This document shows, one piece after another, positions 60,893 through 64,000 of a stretch of 64,000 nt of DNA. The position numbers and the translations under genes were made by a program. Source of the stretch: Arenicellales bacterium (GTDB taxonomy: Bacteria; Pseudomonadota; Gammaproteobacteria; Arenicellales; Poriferihabitantaceae); contig OZ241374.1 of NCBI GenBank assembly GCA_965200715.1, positions 467,972 through 531,971 on the forward strand, read 5' to 3'. Numbering within the stretch: the stretch's first letter is position 1; every line of letters starts with the position of its first letter. Below the pieces are notes generated by a model. It had not been told where the DNA came from. It ran no database searches and saw only the letters and a program-made list of their open reading frames with translations.

Positions 60893-61546
60893 ATGATTAT
60901 CCAAAACGCTCAAACGAACATGATCGGACAGCAAATTCGAACTTGGAATGTGTTGGACCGAACTGTACTTCAGGCTTTTGAAGGTATTGAACGTGAGCAA
61001 TTTGTTCCCGAACCTTATTTAGCGTTTGCCTATGCAGACATGGTGATACCAATTCGCGAAGGACAGAACATGCTAGAGCCCAAGGTTATCGCAAGAATGA
61101 TCGATGCCTTGGAATTGGCTCCCGACCATACAGTACTGGAAGTAGGTACTGGAACCGGGTATTCGGCCGCAGTGTTGTCAAGGCTCAGCCAACAGGTAAT
61201 TAGCTTGGAAATCAACTCGGAATTGGTTGAAGCTTCTCGAACAAATCTCGCGAAAGCCAACATCGATAATGTTGAGATTATCGAGACCAACTGTTTCGAC
61301 TATTGCTCGCATGATTCAAACAATGCCGGTAAGTTTGATCGAACCTTAATCACTGGTTCTGTTCCCGAGTTATCTCCAGTGTTTCTACCTATGGTGAACG
61401 AGACAGGTCGAATTGTGGGCATTCAGGGACATACTCCAACAATGCAGGCCGTGATTTGTTATGCTGATGGAACAATCAAGAGTCTGTTTGAAACTGAAGC
61501 ATCACGTCTTGATCAAGTTCAAGAGTCGGTCCATTTTGCCTTTTAG
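60893..61546 (+). CDS. Protein-L-isoaspartate O-methyltransferase-family protein (Pcm-like, tolC-associated)
   Basis: 217 aa. SAM-binding VLEVGTGTGYSAAVLS motif and a Pcm-like N-terminal region. Immediately upstream of tolC. Confidence 0.75.
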   Translation: MIIQNAQTNMIGQQIRTWNVLDRTVLQAFEGIEREQFVPEPYLAFAYADMVIPIREGQNMLEPKVIARMIDALELAPDHTVLEVGTGTGYSAAVLSRLSQQVISLEINSELVEASRTNLAKANIDNVEIIETNCFDYCSHDSNNAGKFDRTLITGSVPELSPVFLPMVNETGRIVGIQGHTPTMQAVICYADGTIKSLFETEASRLDQVQESVHFAF

Positions 61547-61562
61547 TGGTGATCAATAGAAA

Positions 61563-62900
61563 ATGCAATACTTGTTGAAGAATATCGCAAGAAGTATGAG
61601 GATAGGATTCTGGCTATTTTTTACAGTCATGTTCGGTTTCAATTCGGCTCAAGCTACGACCTGGGACATCAATCAAGTCTATCAATTGGCACTCAAGCAT
61701 GATTCAATCTACCAATCCGAAATTTTGCGTCATGCCGCAGTAAAACTTGATCCAAAAATTGTCAGATCCGAATGGAAAGGCTATGTGTCATTAGTTGGAA
61801 GGTTGGGCCATCAAATGACCGATGACACGATGATGGATAATTGGGAAGACCATAAGGATCATTCCCTAGATCTCCGAGTCGAAGTACCAATCTATGATCG
61901 AGTATTGAGAACTCGAATAAGACAAGCGCAAATTTCGGAGTCCACTTCTAGAATCATGCTTAGGGAATCGCATCAGGATCTGATTTTACGAGTTGCCAAA
62001 CGATATTTGAATGTGCTTGCAGCTCAGGATCGTCGAGAAGTCGCAAGTGTCGATATTATCGCCATTCGACGCCAATTAGATTTGACAGCAGGGCGGCTTG
62101 AGGTTGGACTTGGAACTCAGGCTGACCTGTTTGATGCAAGAGCTCGACTTAAGCAAGCAGAAGCCAATGCAATACAAGCCGACAACGCTCTTAAGAACAG
62201 CATATCGTTACTTCGCCAGATGATTGGTCAGAGACCACAGTCCCTGACTCCTCTAGTGAGCGATGCCCCACTCACCCTACCTGATCCAGAATCAATCGAT
62301 GAATGGACTGGTCAGGCTGAAGAAACCAATTTGAATGTTCAGGTAAAAGCACTTGATCTTGAGTTTGCCAAATTTGAACTCCAGAAACTAAAAGATGCCA
62401 CATATCCCTCCATGTCGGTTCTTGGTAATCGTTCAACCTCGATAGGTGGTGTCAACGATTATACGAAAGACAATGCATCCATCAATTTGCAAGTGAACAT
62501 ACCTTTATTCACTGGTGGATTATCGACACGCTCTGACCAAGCCGAAATTCTGTATAGCCGAGCCTTGGAAGCACTCGATCTAGCTCGCATTCATGCACGT
62601 ACTGAAGCAACCACGGCTTATCTAGACATTAACAGCAATATTTCACAGGCCGAGGCTCTCAGTGAAGCAATTACAGCTGGGGAAAGTGCGTTGGCTGCGA
62701 AACAGCAAGGATACGAAGCTGGATTAACGACCAATATTGATGTGCTGGATGCACAAAGCAATCTCTCACAGTCAAGGAGGGATTATCTGAATTCTCGCTA
62801 TAATTACATCATATCAATGCTTGAGTTAGAACAGTCTATAGGTGATCTAGATGAGCACGACATCCAACTCGTGAACGATTGGCTTGATCAGGGAGTCTGA
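61563..62900 (+). CDS. tolC: Outer membrane channel TolC
   Basis: 445 aa. Signal peptide and two OEP repeats (…LDLRVEVPIYD…, …INLQVNIPLFTGG…). Long coiled-coil segments with the typical LDAQ..L.QSRRDYLNSRYNYI. Confidence 0.88.
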   Translation: MQYLLKNIARSMRIGFWLFFTVMFGFNSAQATTWDINQVYQLALKHDSIYQSEILRHAAVKLDPKIVRSEWKGYVSLVGRLGHQMTDDTMMDNWEDHKDHSLDLRVEVPIYDRVLRTRIRQAQISESTSRIMLRESHQDLILRVAKRYLNVLAAQDRREVASVDIIAIRRQLDLTAGRLEVGLGTQADLFDARARLKQAEANAIQADNALKNSISLLRQMIGQRPQSLTPLVSDAPLTLPDPESIDEWTGQAEETNLNVQVKALDLEFAKFELQKLKDATYPSMSVLGNRSTSIGGVNDYTKDNASINLQVNIPLFTGGLSTRSDQAEILYSRALEALDLARIHARTEATTAYLDINSNISQAEALSEAITAGESALAAKQQGYEAGLTTNIDVLDAQSNLSQSRRDYLNSRYNYIISMLELEQSIGDLDEHDIQLVNDWLDQGV

Positions 62901-62923
62901 GGCTCGTGAAAAAACAACAGAAT

Positions 62924-64000
62924 TTATCCTCTCCAAAACACGGGGGCGAAAAGAACTAGCAGCGTATACAGCTCAAGACGTCCTAGAATCATCGCCAGCG
63001 TTAATATAAATTTTCCTATATTGCTGACTGAAGCATAGTTCTCAGAGACACTACCGAGTCCCGGACCAAGATTGTTGAGACAAGCAATCACGGATGAAAA
63101 GGCAGAAACCATATCAAGACCGGTAGCCAGCATTGCTAACAGCAAAACTGTGAAAGAAAATATATACAAGGATAGAAATCCCCATACCGCATTATTTATA
63201 TCCTCACTGACTGGCTTATCTCCAATCTTGGTCGGTATGATCGCATGAGGATGCACCAGTTTCGATAATTCACGCATACCCTGTTTGAACAACAGGATAA
63301 TCCGGATAATTTTCATGCCTCCACCGGTTGATCCAGCGCATCCCCCGCAAGTACTCAATAGAATTAAAAAAATCGGAATAAACGTGGGCCATACGCTGAA
63401 ATCCTGCGTTGTGAAACCAGTAGTGGTGGCAATCGAAACAGTTTGTACAAATCCATAAATAAAATTATCCAGGATATTGCTATAAGTTTGATTCGACAGC
63501 AAGGTGAGAATTGTGACTAACCCGGCAACTCCAATAATACTTAGATAGGTACGAGCTTCTTGGTCCTGTAGATAGACTCGGATCCACTTACCGATCGATA
63601 AGCGACCCGATCGAATAGCCGTGAAATGCAAAGCGAAGTTAAGGCCCGCTAGAATCATGAAAATGCTCGCGACCACATAAATTGCTCGACTGTCAAAATG
63701 GCTGAGACTATTGTCATACGTGGAAAATCCTCCGATGGCAATGGTAGAGAAGGCGTGGCAGATTGCATCAAAAAGAGACATTCCAGCGATTAGGTAAGCA
63801 ATTGCACAAATCAAAGTCAGCGATACATAGATGTACCACATGGCTTTCGCTGTTTCTCGAATACGCGGAGTCAGCTTGCGGTCCTTTATCGGTCCGGGGG
63901 TTTCAACTCGGTATAACTGCAATCCCCCTACACCCAAGGCTGGCAAAATAGCGACTGCAAGCACGATCAAGCCCATTCCTCCAAGCCACTGCAGTTGCTG
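62924..64000 (-). CDS. trkH: Trk-system potassium uptake protein TrkH (N-terminus outside the window)
   Basis: WLGGMGLIVLAVAILPALGVGGLQLYRVETPGP, IAIGGFST, TTGFTT, GGCAGSTGGGMKIIRILLLFKQG, LNNLGPGLG and the C-terminal LFAPVFWRG track E. coli TrkH closely. The frame stays open to 64000. Confidence 0.93.
   Translation of the reverse strand, partial: QQLQWLGGMGLIVLAVAILPALGVGGLQLYRVETPGPIKDRKLTPRIRETAKAMWYIYVSLTLICAIAYLIAGMSLFDAICHAFSTIAIGGFSTYDNSLSHFDSRAIYVVASIFMILAGLNFALHFTAIRSGRLSIGKWIRVYLQDQEARTYLSIIGVAGLVTILTLLSNQTYSNILDNFIYGFVQTVSIATTTGFTTQDFSVWPTFIPIFLILLSTCGGCAGSTGGGMKIIRIILLFKQGMRELSKLVHPHAIIPTKIGDKPVSEDINNAVWGFLSLYIFSFTVLLLAMLATGLDMVSAFSSVIACLNNLGPGLGSVSENYASVSNIGKFILTLAMILGRLELYTLLVLFAPVFWRG

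Overview
This is a chromosomal window from a gammaproteobacterium-type genome. Diagnostic neighbours are petABC-sspAB, hslVU, rpoH, rsmD-coaD, ftsYEX, tolC and trkH. GC looks low-to-mid 40s by eye (not computed). About 50 tightly packed protein genes are present, many joined by 4-bp ATGA stop/start overlaps.

Gene content:
- Housekeeping genes: murA, an in-frame hisD-hisC fusion, tmcA, coaD, rsmD, ftsYEX, infA, argE, a folK-folP fusion, mutY, petABC, sspAB, hslVU and rpoH.
- A yejABEF-type peptide ABC importer.
- A PQQ-type dehydrogenase / cytochrome c / TonB-dependent receptor operon.
- Two betaine/choline-type (OpuAC/ProW family) ABC loci wired to unusual partners. One is coupled to a YtcJ-like amidohydrolase, a COG0523 metallochaperone GTPase and a GntR regulator. 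The other has no ATPase gene and is coupled to a choline-kinase-like phosphotransferase, a DMGDH-like flavoenzyme and a divergent DeoR regulator.

I found no rRNA, tRNA, CRISPR array, intact transposase or integrase.

Accessory or decaying material:
- An edge-truncated PLD(HKD)-nuclease/SF2-helicase gene at 1-2138 that the ORF track misses.
- A P-loop ATPase remnant lying where hisG is normally found.
- A Fic-MerR-like gene with several lesions, next to an orphan glycine-rich membrane protein.
- An AT-richer single-gene insert encoding a PLD(HKD) nuclease with a C-terminal Mrr_N-like winged helix (27168-28016).

The most unusual non-coding stretch is the 1.37-kb gene-poor gap between rpoH and a phasin gene. 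It contains a tandem repeat, two intrinsic terminators, a candidate structured RNA with mutually exclusive helices, a T14 run, a 62-nt A/T-only tract and paired TGC-rich repeats.

No complete, clearly novel multi-gene system can be demonstrated from sequence alone. The items above are the best candidates for follow-up. All homology statements come from motif recognition by eye, not from searches.
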